This document shows positions 1-9,706 of a stretch of 64,000 bases of DNA, one piece after another. The notes below the pieces were generated by a model. That model was given only the letters and a program-made list of their open reading frames with translations, ran no database searches and had not been told where the DNA came from. A program made the translations under genes and the position numbers. The first letter of the stretch is position 1. The number at the start of each line of letters is the position of its first letter. This DNA is from an uncultured Candidatus Peribacteria bacterium (lineage in GTDB: Bacteria; Patescibacteriota; Gracilibacteria; CAIRYL01): contig CAZDZQ010000010.1 in NCBI GenBank assembly GCA_964509985.1, positions 6,187 through 70,186 of the forward strand, read 5' to 3'.

Positions 1-473
1 TCTTCTGGAATATAATATCCAAGTGTTTCTCTAATTTTATTTATTTTTTGAGATTTTATATGAATGGCAATTTCTTGTCTCAATCGTCCGTTTTTTATAA
101 AAATATGCAATGTTTTTTGCTGATGTGGAACATAGAAAATCCAAAATTTTTCAATATTTTGATACGGATAAAATTTATCTTTATATTGCATTCCAATATC
201 TGTAAATGCGGTATAAATATCTTGAGGTTCTTGATTGTGAGTAATAGTATAAATAAAACCAATCATTATAGATAGTAATACAACACTTAACGCATCAGTA
301 AAAATTCCAACAATAACACCGGAAATAACGCAAATACCCAAAATAATGAACCATAATTGACCTCTTTTTTGTTTTACAAATTCGGGAGTTGAAAATTCAT
401 ATAAGATTTTTCCTATATCAGAATATTTATTTTTATCATGTTTTTTATAGTCTGTGCTTTTAGTATTCATCAT
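1..473 (-). CDS. hypothetical membrane protein, 3' end cut by window edge
   Basis: Uninterrupted reverse-strand frame from ATGATG (473-468) to position 1. It is absent from the ORF track because no stop lies in the window. Translation: MMNTKSTDYKKHDKNKYSDIGKILYEFSTPEFVKQKRGQLWFIILGICVISGVIVGIFTDALSVVLLSIMIGFIYTITHNQ..., with two adjacent hydrophobic helices. The listed + ORF 48..275 is its antisense. Confidence 0.55.
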   Translation of the reverse strand, partial: MMNTKSTDYKKHDKNKYSDIGKILYEFSTPEFVKQKRGQLWFIILGICVISGVIVGIFTDALSVVLLSIMIGFIYTITHNQEPQDIYTAFTDIGMQYKDKFYPYQNIEKFWIFYVPHQQKTLHIFIKNGRLRQEIAIHIKSQKINKIRETLGYYIPE

Positions 474-549
474 CAAAAAAAATAAAAATAATTAAATATT
501 TCAGATAATTATATCAATTAAAAAATAGAATTGCAAGATATCTTATTTT

Positions 550-584
550 TTGATATAATTTTTTGATATAAAAAAATTGATATA
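550..584 (+). promoter_or_regulatory. promoter-like region with three TTGATATA repeats; the first forms an extended -10 (TGATATAAT)
   Basis: TTGATATA occurs at 550-557, 563-570 and 577-584, spaced 13-14 nt. TGATATAAT at 551-559 matches TGnTATAAT. The region lies ~60 nt upstream of the ATG at 622. Confidence 0.35.
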
Positions 585-621
585 TCAAACAAAATAATTA
601 TGTATTATTACAAGTAATTTT

Positions 622-1788
622 ATGACCGAAAAAACAACAAGCAATGGAAAAATAAAAAGAACAGTAAAAGATAAGCTATATTTTATTGTATTTGGAAAAT
701 ATCCTGAACAAAACGATGAAGAAGTTGAAGTTGAAGTTGAAGAAATAGAAGAAACAGAGAAAAAAGATTCAAAAAAAGATGAATCTTATTTTGATAAAGC
801 AAAATCATTTTTTAAAAAAAAATCTAAAGAAAAATTAAAAGAAGTGAAAAAAAATGCAAAAAAAGTAGTTTCTGAAAAATCTGGGAAAAAAGAAATAAAA
901 GAAATAAAAGAGAAAACAGAAGATGAAGAAAAGAGAGAAAAGAGAAAAGAAAAAGTGGTTAAAAAAGTAGATGAAATTAAAAAAGAAGTTAAAAAAGAGA
1001 AAAAATTAGAGGAGAATAAAGAGTCAGCATTTGATTCATTGAAAGGCTTAGCAATGGAAGAGGTGGATAGCGTAAAAACATTTTCTGAAACACGAACAAA
1101 AAATTTGGATAAACAAGATGAAATAAATCAAAAAAATCAAGAAAAGTTGTTTAAAGAAAAAACAAAAATGACTTTGTTGCAAGCTGAAAAAAAGGTAAAA
1201 AAATGGAATGAAAACGGAGAAACAAAAAAAGTAAAAGCAGGAGTAAAATTAATTTTGGAATATTTTCCAAATCATGAGTTTCGTAAAATAAATCTTTCAA
1301 AAAATAAAACTAAAAAAACAGATGAATTAGTGATGGATAAAAAAGGTGAAGTAACAAAAAAACATACAAAAAAAGTAAAATCATTATTTACTAAAATTGC
1401 ATCAAATCCATCTCATGGCTTTGATGTAAGTCCTGAATTTTTAGAACAAAATGGACTCCCTCAAGAAGCCGATGTAAATGATGATGAGCGTGTATTTGGG
1501 GCATTATCATATTTTCCGCTATTAAGTTTATTTGTTTTGGCAACACGAAAAGATTCTGCATTTGCGATGTATCATGCATGGCAAGGGTTCGCAATTCTTG
1601 CTATATTTTTAGTTTCTCTTCCTTTTTATTGGATTCTTACACTTATTCCAGGAGTTGGAATCTTATTTTTTCTTTTTTATATGGGATTATTTATAGTTTC
1701 AATGTATGCAGGATTTTTAGCATGGAGTGGGAGATATATTAATATACCTGTTATATCAAATTTTGGTATGAAATTAGCAGGTAAATAA
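622..1788 (+). CDS. membrane protein with a long Lys/Glu-rich N-terminal region and a DUF4870/Tic20-like C-terminal helix bundle
   Basis: 388-aa ORF. The C-terminus ERVFGALSYFPLLSLFVLATRKDSAFAMYHAWQGFAILAIFLVSLPFYWILTLIPGVG... resembles the DUF4870 family pattern. The N-terminal ~260 aa is charged low complexity. Confidence 0.5.
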   Translation: MTEKTTSNGKIKRTVKDKLYFIVFGKYPEQNDEEVEVEVEEIEETEKKDSKKDESYFDKAKSFFKKKSKEKLKEVKKNAKKVVSEKSGKKEIKEIKEKTEDEEKREKRKEKVVKKVDEIKKEVKKEKKLEENKESAFDSLKGLAMEEVDSVKTFSETRTKNLDKQDEINQKNQEKLFKEKTKMTLLQAEKKVKKWNENGETKKVKAGVKLILEYFPNHEFRKINLSKNKTKKTDELVMDKKGEVTKKHTKKVKSLFTKIASNPSHGFDVSPEFLEQNGLPQEADVNDDERVFGALSYFPLLSLFVLATRKDSAFAMYHAWQGFAILAIFLVSLPFYWILTLIPGVGILFFLFYMGLFIVSMYAGFLAWSGRYINIPVISNFGMKLAGK

Positions 1789-1795
1789 AAATTCA

Positions 1796-1819
1796 AAATT
1801 TTAATTAACATAAAAATAA
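1796..1819 (+). repeat. 24-nt intercistronic element, copy 1 (AAATTTTAATTAACATAAAAATAA)
   Basis: Identical 24-mer also at 4668-4691. Each copy ends 1-6 nt before the next gene's ATG. Confidence 0.6.
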
Positions 1820-1825
1820 TAAACA

Positions 1826-4660
1826 ATGAAAAAATTTAAACAAAAAATAGGACTTTCAATTGCAGCACTGGCGATATCAATTTCTGGGTCATTTACATAT
1901 TTTGAAAATAAAAATAAAAATTATCCAGATATTATTGCGATTACACTTCCTTTTGAAAAAGCAGAAATTAAAAATACTGCAGATTTTTTAAGTGATAAAA
2001 AAATAAATAATTATTCGGGAAATATTCCAAAAAATATTCAGCACGATTTAAATCGTATAGATTTTAATTTTTCTGAAATAGAAAGGGGAATATTAACAGC
2101 AAAAGTTGATACAGATTCTGTAGAAATGTTGAGTGAAATGATTCAAAATGAACAATTAACTTTAAATGATTTATATGAAGATATTTCTCCTATTTTTGGA
2201 GAAGCAGTAAAAAATAATGAAATAAATTGGAAATGGGACGGATACGCAATGGAATATACTTTTTTTGTAGCAGAAGGAGACGAATTATTTTGGAAAGCAT
2301 ATTTTTCTGATTCAACCGAAACAATGTTTTTTTATGAAATTTTTACAGATGTAGATTTTGTTGAGAAAAAAATAGATGAGAGTAATTTCCATAGTACTGC
2401 AAAAGAAAATGTAGATTTTAACAGCTTAGATAAACAAGAGAAATTTAATTATTTAGCACAAAAAACAACAAATCTTTATAGTAATAAAATTACAGAATTT
2501 TTTGAAACTAAAAATAGTGAAAATTTAAAAGAAAATAATATAGAATTAAATATATCTTCACCGGTAATGGGTGCAAATATTAATACGAACATAAATGTAA
2601 AACACGATTATAATACTGATAAAAAATCATTTACTGTAAATCTTGATGGAAAAGGATTTGGTGAATATATTGAAGGAGAAATAAATATTACAAAAATAAA
2701 AAATGATATTTTTGCAATTCTAAATAACTATGAATATAAGGGAAATGTATTATCACAAAAAGTTGGAATTAATGGATTTGGAGAAGTTGATGTAAATAAT
2801 AGTTTGTCTCAAATTCTAAACCAATGGGTGCAGTTAAATAATCCTGAAGCGTCTGAAATAATTGCACTGTTATTGAATGATAAAATTCAAGCAGATGTAT
2901 TTAATATTGCAAAAGATGTAGCAATTCTTGCAAAAGATTTACTGGTTACAACGGATATTTTTATTGTTGAAAAATATTTAGGAATAGATAATGATACAGG
3001 TTTTGAAGAATTTTATGTAAAATTTAATGAGAAATACACGCCATATTTAGAAATAATATTTTCAGAAAGCGAATTTGAAGATATAAAAAATATTGTTATA
3101 GACAATAATTTTGTAATGTCGTTTGATAAAAATAAGGCTGAATATTTTGAAATTGAGTTAGCAGATTTTGTAACACTGTATAAAAACCCTAAGCTAAAAA
3201 TTTCATATACTCAATCGGGGTTTGATTTGTATTCTCGAAATTTTAATTATGATGATAACGATGTGTATCATTTTCATTTAGATGTAAATAAACTTTTTGT
3301 AAAATATTTGGAAAAAAATATAGTAAATTTTAACTTTGAAAAAACTAAAAATATTTGGTCAGGAGAAATTACATCAGATTTACCAGAGTTTGAAAGTGCA
3401 AAAATTTTTATAGAAAATTTTAGATTTGATAAAAATTTATTTTCTGGAAGTGTAAAATTTGTTCAAGATGAAACTGAATTAGTTGAATTGAAAATTAAAT
3501 ATGAAACTTCATATCCAGAAAATTTAGAAATTATTGACCCATCAGAAAATCCAAAAAATAATATTAAATCTGTTGAAAAGCTTGTTGAAGATTTTACAAA
3601 AGAACCAGAAGCAATTATTTTAAATACAGAAGAAAATAAAAACACAAAAAATTACACAGGTTCACTCTATAAAGGAAATTATATTTGGGGAGGTGCTATG
3701 AATTTGGCATGGACTGATTTGAGTGAAAATATTATAAAAGAAGAAATTGATTTAGTGTTAGATTCTTCGGAAACAGAAGCAAAAAATTTACTTGAAAAAT
3801 TAAATAATCCTGTAATGATAAAATCAGATTTATTAGAAAAAAATTATTATATAAAAAGTGGATACGGACAAAAAACAGTAGACCAAATAAATAAAGAAAC
3901 AAAAGAAAAATTTCCAACAAAAAGTTTTGCAGATTTAGATCTAAAGCTTTCTGCTTTAGATATTATTTCATATGCGTATTTTCTGAAAGAAATTGAATAT
4001 AAAATTCCATTTAATATTAGTAAGTACGGTTTTTATTTCAAAAATTCTAAAAATAATTATGAAAAAGGAATGAAATCTTTTTATGCGAAAACAGAAGAAC
4101 AAAAAGAAAATATTCAAATTTTACAGTATGAAAACGATAAAAAATTCATTGTTTCTATTCAGCTAAAAGATAGAACGGATAATTTAATTCTTGCGAAAGG
4201 ATACGATATGAAAAATCCAGAAGAAGTGGTTGGAGAAATGCAAAAAATTTATAAAAATTTAGAGAGTAATAAAAATTCAAAAATTGAAACGTTACAAGAT
4301 GAAGACTCTTTTCAAATGCCATTTTTGCATGTAGACATGACTCGTGAATATAAAGAGTTTATAAATAAATATTTAAAAAATTTAAAATTTACAGATTATG
4401 CTATTGCAAAAATGTTTGAAAATATAAAATTTGATATAAATGAAAAAGGCGCAAGAGTAGAAAACGAAGCAGTAATAATTACAGAATTGGTCTCTGCTCC
4501 GCCAATGGATGATTTTAAAAATCAATATATACCAAAAAATATTATTTTAGATAATGATTTTTGGGTAATAATGAAACAAGCAAATTCATTAAATCCATAT
4601 TTTATTTTGGGTGTGCAAAATGATAAGCTGATGAAAGAGTTTGAAGAAAACAGTAAATAA
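1826..4660 (+). CDS. exported 944-aa protein with a C-terminal serpin-like domain
   Basis: N-terminal hydrophobic signal/anchor (IGLSIAALAISISGSF). The C-terminal ~330 aa shows serpin-like blocks: DEDSFQMPFLHVDMTREY, then KFDINEKGARVENEAVIITELVSAPP (hinge/RCL-like), then IILDNDFWVIMKQANSLNPYFILGVQN (compare FxxxxPFxFxI....ilFxGxvxxP). Confidence 0.55.
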   Translation: MKKFKQKIGLSIAALAISISGSFTYFENKNKNYPDIIAITLPFEKAEIKNTADFLSDKKINNYSGNIPKNIQHDLNRIDFNFSEIERGILTAKVDTDSVEMLSEMIQNEQLTLNDLYEDISPIFGEAVKNNEINWKWDGYAMEYTFFVAEGDELFWKAYFSDSTETMFFYEIFTDVDFVEKKIDESNFHSTAKENVDFNSLDKQEKFNYLAQKTTNLYSNKITEFFETKNSENLKENNIELNISSPVMGANINTNINVKHDYNTDKKSFTVNLDGKGFGEYIEGEINITKIKNDIFAILNNYEYKGNVLSQKVGINGFGEVDVNNSLSQILNQWVQLNNPEASEIIALLLNDKIQADVFNIAKDVAILAKDLLVTTDIFIVEKYLGIDNDTGFEEFYVKFNEKYTPYLEIIFSESEFEDIKNIVIDNNFVMSFDKNKAEYFEIELADFVTLYKNPKLKISYTQSGFDLYSRNFNYDDNDVYHFHLDVNKLFVKYLEKNIVNFNFEKTKNIWSGEITSDLPEFESAKIFIENFRFDKNLFSGSVKFVQDETELVELKIKYETSYPENLEIIDPSENPKNNIKSVEKLVEDFTKEPEAIILNTEENKNTKNYTGSLYKGNYIWGGAMNLAWTDLSENIIKEEIDLVLDSSETEAKNLLEKLNNPVMIKSDLLEKNYYIKSGYGQKTVDQINKETKEKFPTKSFADLDLKLSALDIISYAYFLKEIEYKIPFNISKYGFYFKNSKNNYEKGMKSFYAKTEEQKENIQILQYENDKKFIVSIQLKDRTDNLILAKGYDMKNPEEVVGEMQKIYKNLESNKNSKIETLQDEDSFQMPFLHVDMTREYKEFINKYLKNLKFTDYAIAKMFENIKFDINEKGARVENEAVIITELVSAPPMDDFKNQYIPKNIILDNDFWVIMKQANSLNPYFILGVQNDKLMKEFEENSK

Positions 4661-4667
4661 ATATTTT

Positions 4668-4691
4668 AAATTTTAATTAACATAAAAATAA
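4668..4691 (+). repeat. 24-nt intercistronic element, copy 2
   Basis: Exact repeat of 1796-1819. It ends 1 nt before the ATG at 4693. Confidence 0.6.
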
Positions 4692-4692
4692 A

Positions 4693-6360
4693 ATGATAGC
4701 TCCAAAAGCACTTAAATCAACAACTATTAAAACAAAGCAAAAGCTTATGTATTATTTAGGAGCATTCATTTTTATGTTTGTGTATACCGTTATGTCGTAT
4801 TCTATTGCGTTATTTATTATTGGAAAATTTCCAAATAATGAAAATGCAATATTTTTAGTAGGTATTATTTTGGCAATTGCAAATATCATAGGTTTATTTT
4901 TAAATGGAATTTGGCTTTATATGCAAAAAACATTAAAGTCGAAAACTTTACTTTTAATTTCTATTGCTGGGTTGTTGTTATCTGTCTTTATTTTTTTTGG
5001 AGGTTCTTTCTTTTTTAATTCTTTAAATGCACCTGCATTTGTTATTTTGGCAGTATTTATCTATGTTTGGGCTTTTGATATTTCGGATATTACAATGACA
5101 ACAATTATTTTGAATAATTCTACAAAAGAAACAGAAGGTGCTGAATTTTCACAAAAAAAAATTGCAGAAAGTATTGGAATGTTGGCAGGTATTGTTGTTG
5201 GAGGTTTGTTACTGCTGTTTGGAACAGCCACAACTCAGTTTTTTTTAGGAGTATTTTTGGTTGGAATATTTATATATTTTAAGCAAAATTTTGAAAATCA
5301 AAAAGATAAAGATGTTATTTTAGAATTTTCAGATAAAAATGGAATTGATTGGAAAGAGATTTTAAAAGAGATTGGAAATCCAGAAAAAATTAAAAAAAAA
5401 TTGCAAATTTCAATAGAAGAAAATCAAGAAAATAATAATAAAACAAATATAAAAGATATAAATGAAATCAAAAAAAAGACATTAGAAATCTCAAATAAAG
5501 TTTCGTCTAAAATAAAAGATGAATTAAAAGATTTATCAAAATCTGGAAGTAAATCTGCAAAAAAAATAGCAAAAACTAGTGGTAGATTTTTAAACGAAGC
5601 TCGTTTATTGTTATTAGATATTCTCGCAAAAGATAATGAAGTAAAAAGAGTGGTAGTTCCAAAACATGATTTTCATATTAAAGAAATTTTAACAGAAATT
5701 TCATCATCTTTTAGTGTATTGGGAAAAGCATTTTCTTTGAATACACGATATGCATTTTTTTGGTCGTGTGTAATGGTTATGTTTTTTAGTTTTTGGGATA
5801 CTATGGCTATTACATATCAACCTCTTTTTTTAGAAAGGTTTAGAGAAAGTTTAGATTTTTGGGTAGCGTTTATTATGCCAATATTTATTTTGCCAGTATT
5901 TATTTTACAAATGCCATTCGGAAAGCTTGCTGATAAATGGGGGACTCATATAATGATGATGATTGGATTATTTATTTCGGCTATTTCATTGATGATTATG
6001 GGGTCTTTAGATGCAATATTTGGAGGAAGCATTACTGTTTTGATATTAGCTGGTGTTTTTAATTCTATTGGATATACTGCTGCATTTTCTGCATCTCAGG
6101 TTCATTTTTCTGGAGAAGTGCGATATTATTTAGAAAAAAATAAACTTAAAATTAAAAATAGTTTATTGGCGGCGAGTTTGCGTTTATCTTTAAATATTGG
6201 AAATATTTTTGGGCAACTTTTTGGAGGATTAATTTTTTCTCTGCTCGGGTTTTTGACTGGATTTTTTCTGCTTGGTTTATTTTTATTAATATTATTTATT
6301 GCAACTCTATTCTTTATTAAGCATTTAAAAATTCCAGAATTATTAAAAAAACTTAAATAA
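4693..6360 (+). CDS. MFS-type transporter with an enlarged charged central loop
   Basis: 555-aa ORF with about 6+6 hydrophobic helices. They are split by a ~150-aa Lys/Glu/Asn-rich loop. GKLADKWG resembles MFS motif A. Confidence 0.5.
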   Translation: MIAPKALKSTTIKTKQKLMYYLGAFIFMFVYTVMSYSIALFIIGKFPNNENAIFLVGIILAIANIIGLFLNGIWLYMQKTLKSKTLLLISIAGLLLSVFIFFGGSFFFNSLNAPAFVILAVFIYVWAFDISDITMTTIILNNSTKETEGAEFSQKKIAESIGMLAGIVVGGLLLLFGTATTQFFLGVFLVGIFIYFKQNFENQKDKDVILEFSDKNGIDWKEILKEIGNPEKIKKKLQISIEENQENNNKTNIKDINEIKKKTLEISNKVSSKIKDELKDLSKSGSKSAKKIAKTSGRFLNEARLLLLDILAKDNEVKRVVVPKHDFHIKEILTEISSSFSVLGKAFSLNTRYAFFWSCVMVMFFSFWDTMAITYQPLFLERFRESLDFWVAFIMPIFILPVFILQMPFGKLADKWGTHIMMMIGLFISAISLMIMGSLDAIFGGSITVLILAGVFNSIGYTAAFSASQVHFSGEVRYYLEKNKLKIKNSLLAASLRLSLNIGNIFGQLFGGLIFSLLGFLTGFFLLGLFLLILFIATLFFIKHLKIPELLKKLK

Positions 6361-6405
6361 AAAAATATTTATAATATTATAACTTTACAATTTTACAAAA
6401 TTATT

Positions 6406-7026
6406 ATGTTCAAAATACAAAATATACAAAAAATCAAAAAAATTATTACTCTGATTTTTTTTACATCAGTTATAATATTTTCAGGATGTGAAAATAAAGA
6501 TGAGGCTATAAATCAAATAAATACTCAAGAAATAAATAATAAAATAAATAATAATATAAATTTACAAGATATTACTTCTGAATTACAAAAAAGATCTGCT
6601 TATTTTACTCTTGAAAAAATAGAAGAAAATAAAGTTTTATTGGTGTTGAACAATCCAAAAAATCAAAAAATTCAATCTTTTTCATCTGAAATAATTTTTC
6701 CGCCACATTTGGTTCAAGTTTCAAATTTAGAAAATTTATCAGAAGAAAATTTTGCTTTATTTATGAAATCAGATTGGAAAATTGATAATAAAATGGGTCA
6801 TATCAAAATAGCTTCTTCTCAAATGGGAACAGCTAAAGAGGTGCCAGAAACTATAAATTTAGCAACTTTTAAATTTGAAAATACAAAAAATAATACTTTT
6901 ATTTTTGATATAAATGAAAATATTTCAAATATATTTGTTATAAATTCTAAAAATAATTCTCAATCTACTTCTGAATTAAATAGTATTGTGAATAAAAAAT
7001 TATCAAAAGATTTAATTATTAGATAA
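6406..7026 (+). CDS. putative lipoprotein, possibly cohesin-like beta-sandwich
   Basis: Signal peptide with lipobox-like IIFSGC. The segment FSSEIIFPPHLVQVSNLENL...GHIKIASSQMG...INLATFKFENTKNNTFIFDI resembles cohesin-domain patterns. This is a weak call. Confidence 0.4.
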   Translation: MFKIQNIQKIKKIITLIFFTSVIIFSGCENKDEAINQINTQEINNKINNNINLQDITSELQKRSAYFTLEKIEENKVLLVLNNPKNQKIQSFSSEIIFPPHLVQVSNLENLSEENFALFMKSDWKIDNKMGHIKIASSQMGTAKEVPETINLATFKFENTKNNTFIFDINENISNIFVINSKNNSQSTSELNSIVNKKLSKDLIIR

Positions 7027-7115
7027 TTTATAAAATTTTTAGTAAAGTAATTATAGTAGTATAAAATTTTGATAAGATAAAATTAAACTATAAATAATTT
7101 TTTTTAATAATTAAT

Positions 7116-8093
7116 ATGAGTTACTCTACAGAAAAAATGTTAGAATTTACAAATCACGTATTGGGAGAAACAGAATTAAAAATAGCAAAAAGATTACATA
7201 AGGGAAAGGTTAGAGATACATATATAGTAGAAGAAAAAAGAGTTTTAGTTGCAACAGACCGACAAAGTGCATTTGATAGAATGCTTGCTGAAATACCATT
7301 TAAAGGGCAAGTTTTGAATAGGTGTGCAGCTTTTTGGTTTGAAAAAACAGCACATATTATTCCAAATCATGTAATTGCAATGCCAGATCCAAATGTATTA
7401 ATTGCAAAAACGGCAAAGGTTTTTCCTATTGAATTTGTAGTTCGTGATTATTTAGCAGGAACAACAGAAACTTCTATTTTAGTAAATTATAAAAATGGAA
7501 TTAGAGATTTTTGTGGTCATATTTTACCAGAAGGATTAAAAGAAAATGAACAGTTACCACACACAATTGTAACTCCAACAACAAAGCCAGAAGTTGGACA
7601 TGATGAAAGTATTTCTAGAGCAGAAATTATTGAAAAAGGAATTATGACTGCAGAAGATTTTGATTATGTAGAGAAAAAAACATTAGAAATTTTTAAATTT
7701 GCACAAAAACATTGTGCAAAAACAGGTCTTATTCTTGCTGATACAAAATATGAATTTGGAAAATTGCCAGATGGAACAATTATAATTTTAGATGAAATGA
7801 ATACTCCTGATAGTTCTAGATTTTGGGAAATAGAAAGCTATGAAGAATGTATTAAAAATGGATTACCTCCAAAAAGTTTTGATAAAGATGTGTTAAGACG
7901 ATGGTATAGTGATAGGTGTGATCCATACGCAGATGAAGAACTTCCAACAGCTCCACAAGAACTTATTGCTAAAATGTCGAATGCGTATCAAACAGCATAT
8001 GAAATGATTACAGGAGAAGAATTTATTCCTGAAACTTCTAAAAAAATTAATGAAAGAATTGATACTAACTTAGCTAAATATTTTATAAAATAA
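7116..8093 (+). CDS. purC: phosphoribosylaminoimidazole-succinocarboxamide (SAICAR) synthase
   Basis: KGKVRDTY...ATDRQSAFD...LILADTKYEFG... are characteristic long-form PurC motifs. 325 aa. Confidence 0.85.
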   Translation: MSYSTEKMLEFTNHVLGETELKIAKRLHKGKVRDTYIVEEKRVLVATDRQSAFDRMLAEIPFKGQVLNRCAAFWFEKTAHIIPNHVIAMPDPNVLIAKTAKVFPIEFVVRDYLAGTTETSILVNYKNGIRDFCGHILPEGLKENEQLPHTIVTPTTKPEVGHDESISRAEIIEKGIMTAEDFDYVEKKTLEIFKFAQKHCAKTGLILADTKYEFGKLPDGTIIILDEMNTPDSSRFWEIESYEECIKNGLPPKSFDKDVLRRWYSDRCDPYADEELPTAPQELIAKMSNAYQTAYEMITGEEFIPETSKKINERIDTNLAKYFIK

Positions 8094-8100
8094 TAAAAAC

Positions 8101-8310
8101 ATGAATAATAAAAATATGAATAAAACAAGGGTTGATGATTTGATAATTGAAATGATTCAACCTAAAATAATAGAAATTGAAACAAAGTTTTCAAAAGGGG
8201 AGGGCTTGACACAAGATGATATAAATACATTGATGTTAAAATCTCAATATAATCATATTAATCATTTAGACGATAAATTAAATGAAGTAACAGCAGATGT
8301 AGCAAGTTAA
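8101..8310 (+). CDS. small coiled-coil protein; the frame continues past its TAA to 8445 and there encodes a hydrophobic tail
   Basis: 69-aa ORF. Downstream of the TAA (8308-8310) the same frame reads KGKFDLLEIKIEKNIEKALNRNMIILVTVMVAFMTLSKIIDKFF*. Its stop is at 8443-8445. Confidence 0.4.
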   Translation: MNNKNMNKTRVDDLIIEMIQPKIIEIETKFSKGEGLTQDDINTLMLKSQYNHINHLDDKLNEVTADVAS

Positions 8311-8446
8311 AAAGGTAAATTTGATTTATTAGAGATTAAAATTGAAAAAAATATAGAAAAAGCATTAAATCGAAATATGATTATTTTGGTAACAGTTATG
8401 GTAGCATTTATGACTTTATCAAAAATTATTGATAAATTTTTCTAAT

Positions 8447-9559
8447 TTATTTCATTACACCTCCACCCAATAATAAATTATTATTGTAAAATACTGCAGA
8501 TTGACCAGATGTCAAGCTTCTTACAGGATTTGTAAATGTAAGTTTTGCCTCTGATTGATCTGTATTTGTATATTCAAAAAGAGCAGGCATGCTTTCTCCT
8601 CCATGGCGAATTTTTACAAAAATTTTAGAATTATTTTCAAGTGGATACATTGTCCAGCTTAAATTAAAAATTTCAACACTTTCAGAAAATAAATCTGTAT
8701 TATCTCCAATATATACAATGTTATTTTTAACATCAATTTTTATAACATATTTAGGGGTAAGCATTCCTCCTACTCGTGCGCGTTGACCTTTGGTAAAATG
8801 TAAAACTCCATTATGATTTCCTACTTTTTTTTGTGTATGAATATCAACAATATCTCCAGTAATAAATGCTTCTGGAATGTGTCGTTCTAAAAATGGTATA
8901 TGCGATTTTTCTGCATAAAAACAAACACCTTGAGACTCTCTTTTTTGTGCAAAGCTTTTAAAATTATTTTTATTTGCAATTTCTCTAATTTCATCTTTTG
9001 AATATGGAGCCATTGGAAAGAGTGCATGTTTTAACTTTTCTTGAGTAAGTGTGTATAAAAAATATGTTTGGTCTTTGTGTATATCTTTTCCTGCAGAAAT
9101 TTCCCATCTATTTTGTTCTGCATTAAATTCATTTTTAATATAATGTCCAGTTGCAACAGCATCGCAACCCAGCTCCTCCATTTTTTCTAAAAAATATCCA
9201 AATTTAATAGATCTATTACATTCAACGCAAGGGTTTGGGGTGATTCCATTTTTAAATCCATCTATAAAATGGTCTACAATGTCTCTTTTAAATCGTTCTC
9301 GAAAATCAAAAACATAAAATGGAATATCAAGCTGTTCTGCAACTGTTCGTGCAAGCATTAAATCTCGTAAGCTACAGCATTTATTTTCTGGTAAATTTTT
9401 TGTAGATTTTTCTGTTTTATCATCATGCCACAATTGAAAATGAACACCAATTACATTATATCCTTGTTGTTGTAATAAAAAAGCAGAAATTGTGGAATCA
9501 AGCCCACCAGATAAACCTACAAGAACTGTTTTGTTTGAATTATCTATTGTTTTTGTCAT
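8447..9559 (-). CDS. mnmA: tRNA-specific 2-thiouridylase
   Basis: VLVGLSGGLDSTISAFLL PP-loop, plus the NPCVECN and GHY blocks. 370 aa. Confidence 0.9.
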   Translation of the reverse strand: MTKTIDNSNKTVLVGLSGGLDSTISAFLLQQQGYNVIGVHFQLWHDDKTEKSTKNLPENKCCSLRDLMLARTVAEQLDIPFYVFDFRERFKRDIVDHFIDGFKNGITPNPCVECNRSIKFGYFLEKMEELGCDAVATGHYIKNEFNAEQNRWEISAGKDIHKDQTYFLYTLTQEKLKHALFPMAPYSKDEIREIANKNNFKSFAQKRESQGVCFYAEKSHIPFLERHIPEAFITGDIVDIHTQKKVGNHNGVLHFTKGQRARVGGMLTPKYVIKIDVKNNIVYIGDNTDLFSESVEIFNLSWTMYPLENNSKIFVKIRHGGESMPALFEYTNTDQSEAKLTFTNPVRSLTSGQSAVFYNNNLLLGGGVMK

Positions 9560-9580
9560 ACTATTTTTTTGAAAATTTTA

Positions 9581-9617
9581 TTATTTGAATTATTACATAA
9601 AAATTGATATTTTTATA
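9581..9617 (+). promoter_or_regulatory. promoter-like repeat, copy 1 (TTGAAT-17 nt-TATTTT)
   Basis: TTATTTGAATTATTACATAAAAATTGATATTTTTATA. Putative -35 TTGAAT at 9585-9590, 17-nt spacer, weak -10 TATTTT at 9608-9613. Near-identical copy at 10913-10949. Confidence 0.35.
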
Positions 9618-9706
9618 TGAAATTTAGATATCATGCTTGGTTTATGTCTTGAAAAACTTAAATCACCAAATTTTATAAAATTTAAGGATTTAATTCCCTG
9701 TATTTT

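Noticed and set aside
48-275. The 75-aa plus-strand ORF at the window start.
   Set aside because: It is antisense to a better-supported minus-strand frame (1..473) that is open to the window edge and encodes a plausible two-helix membrane protein.
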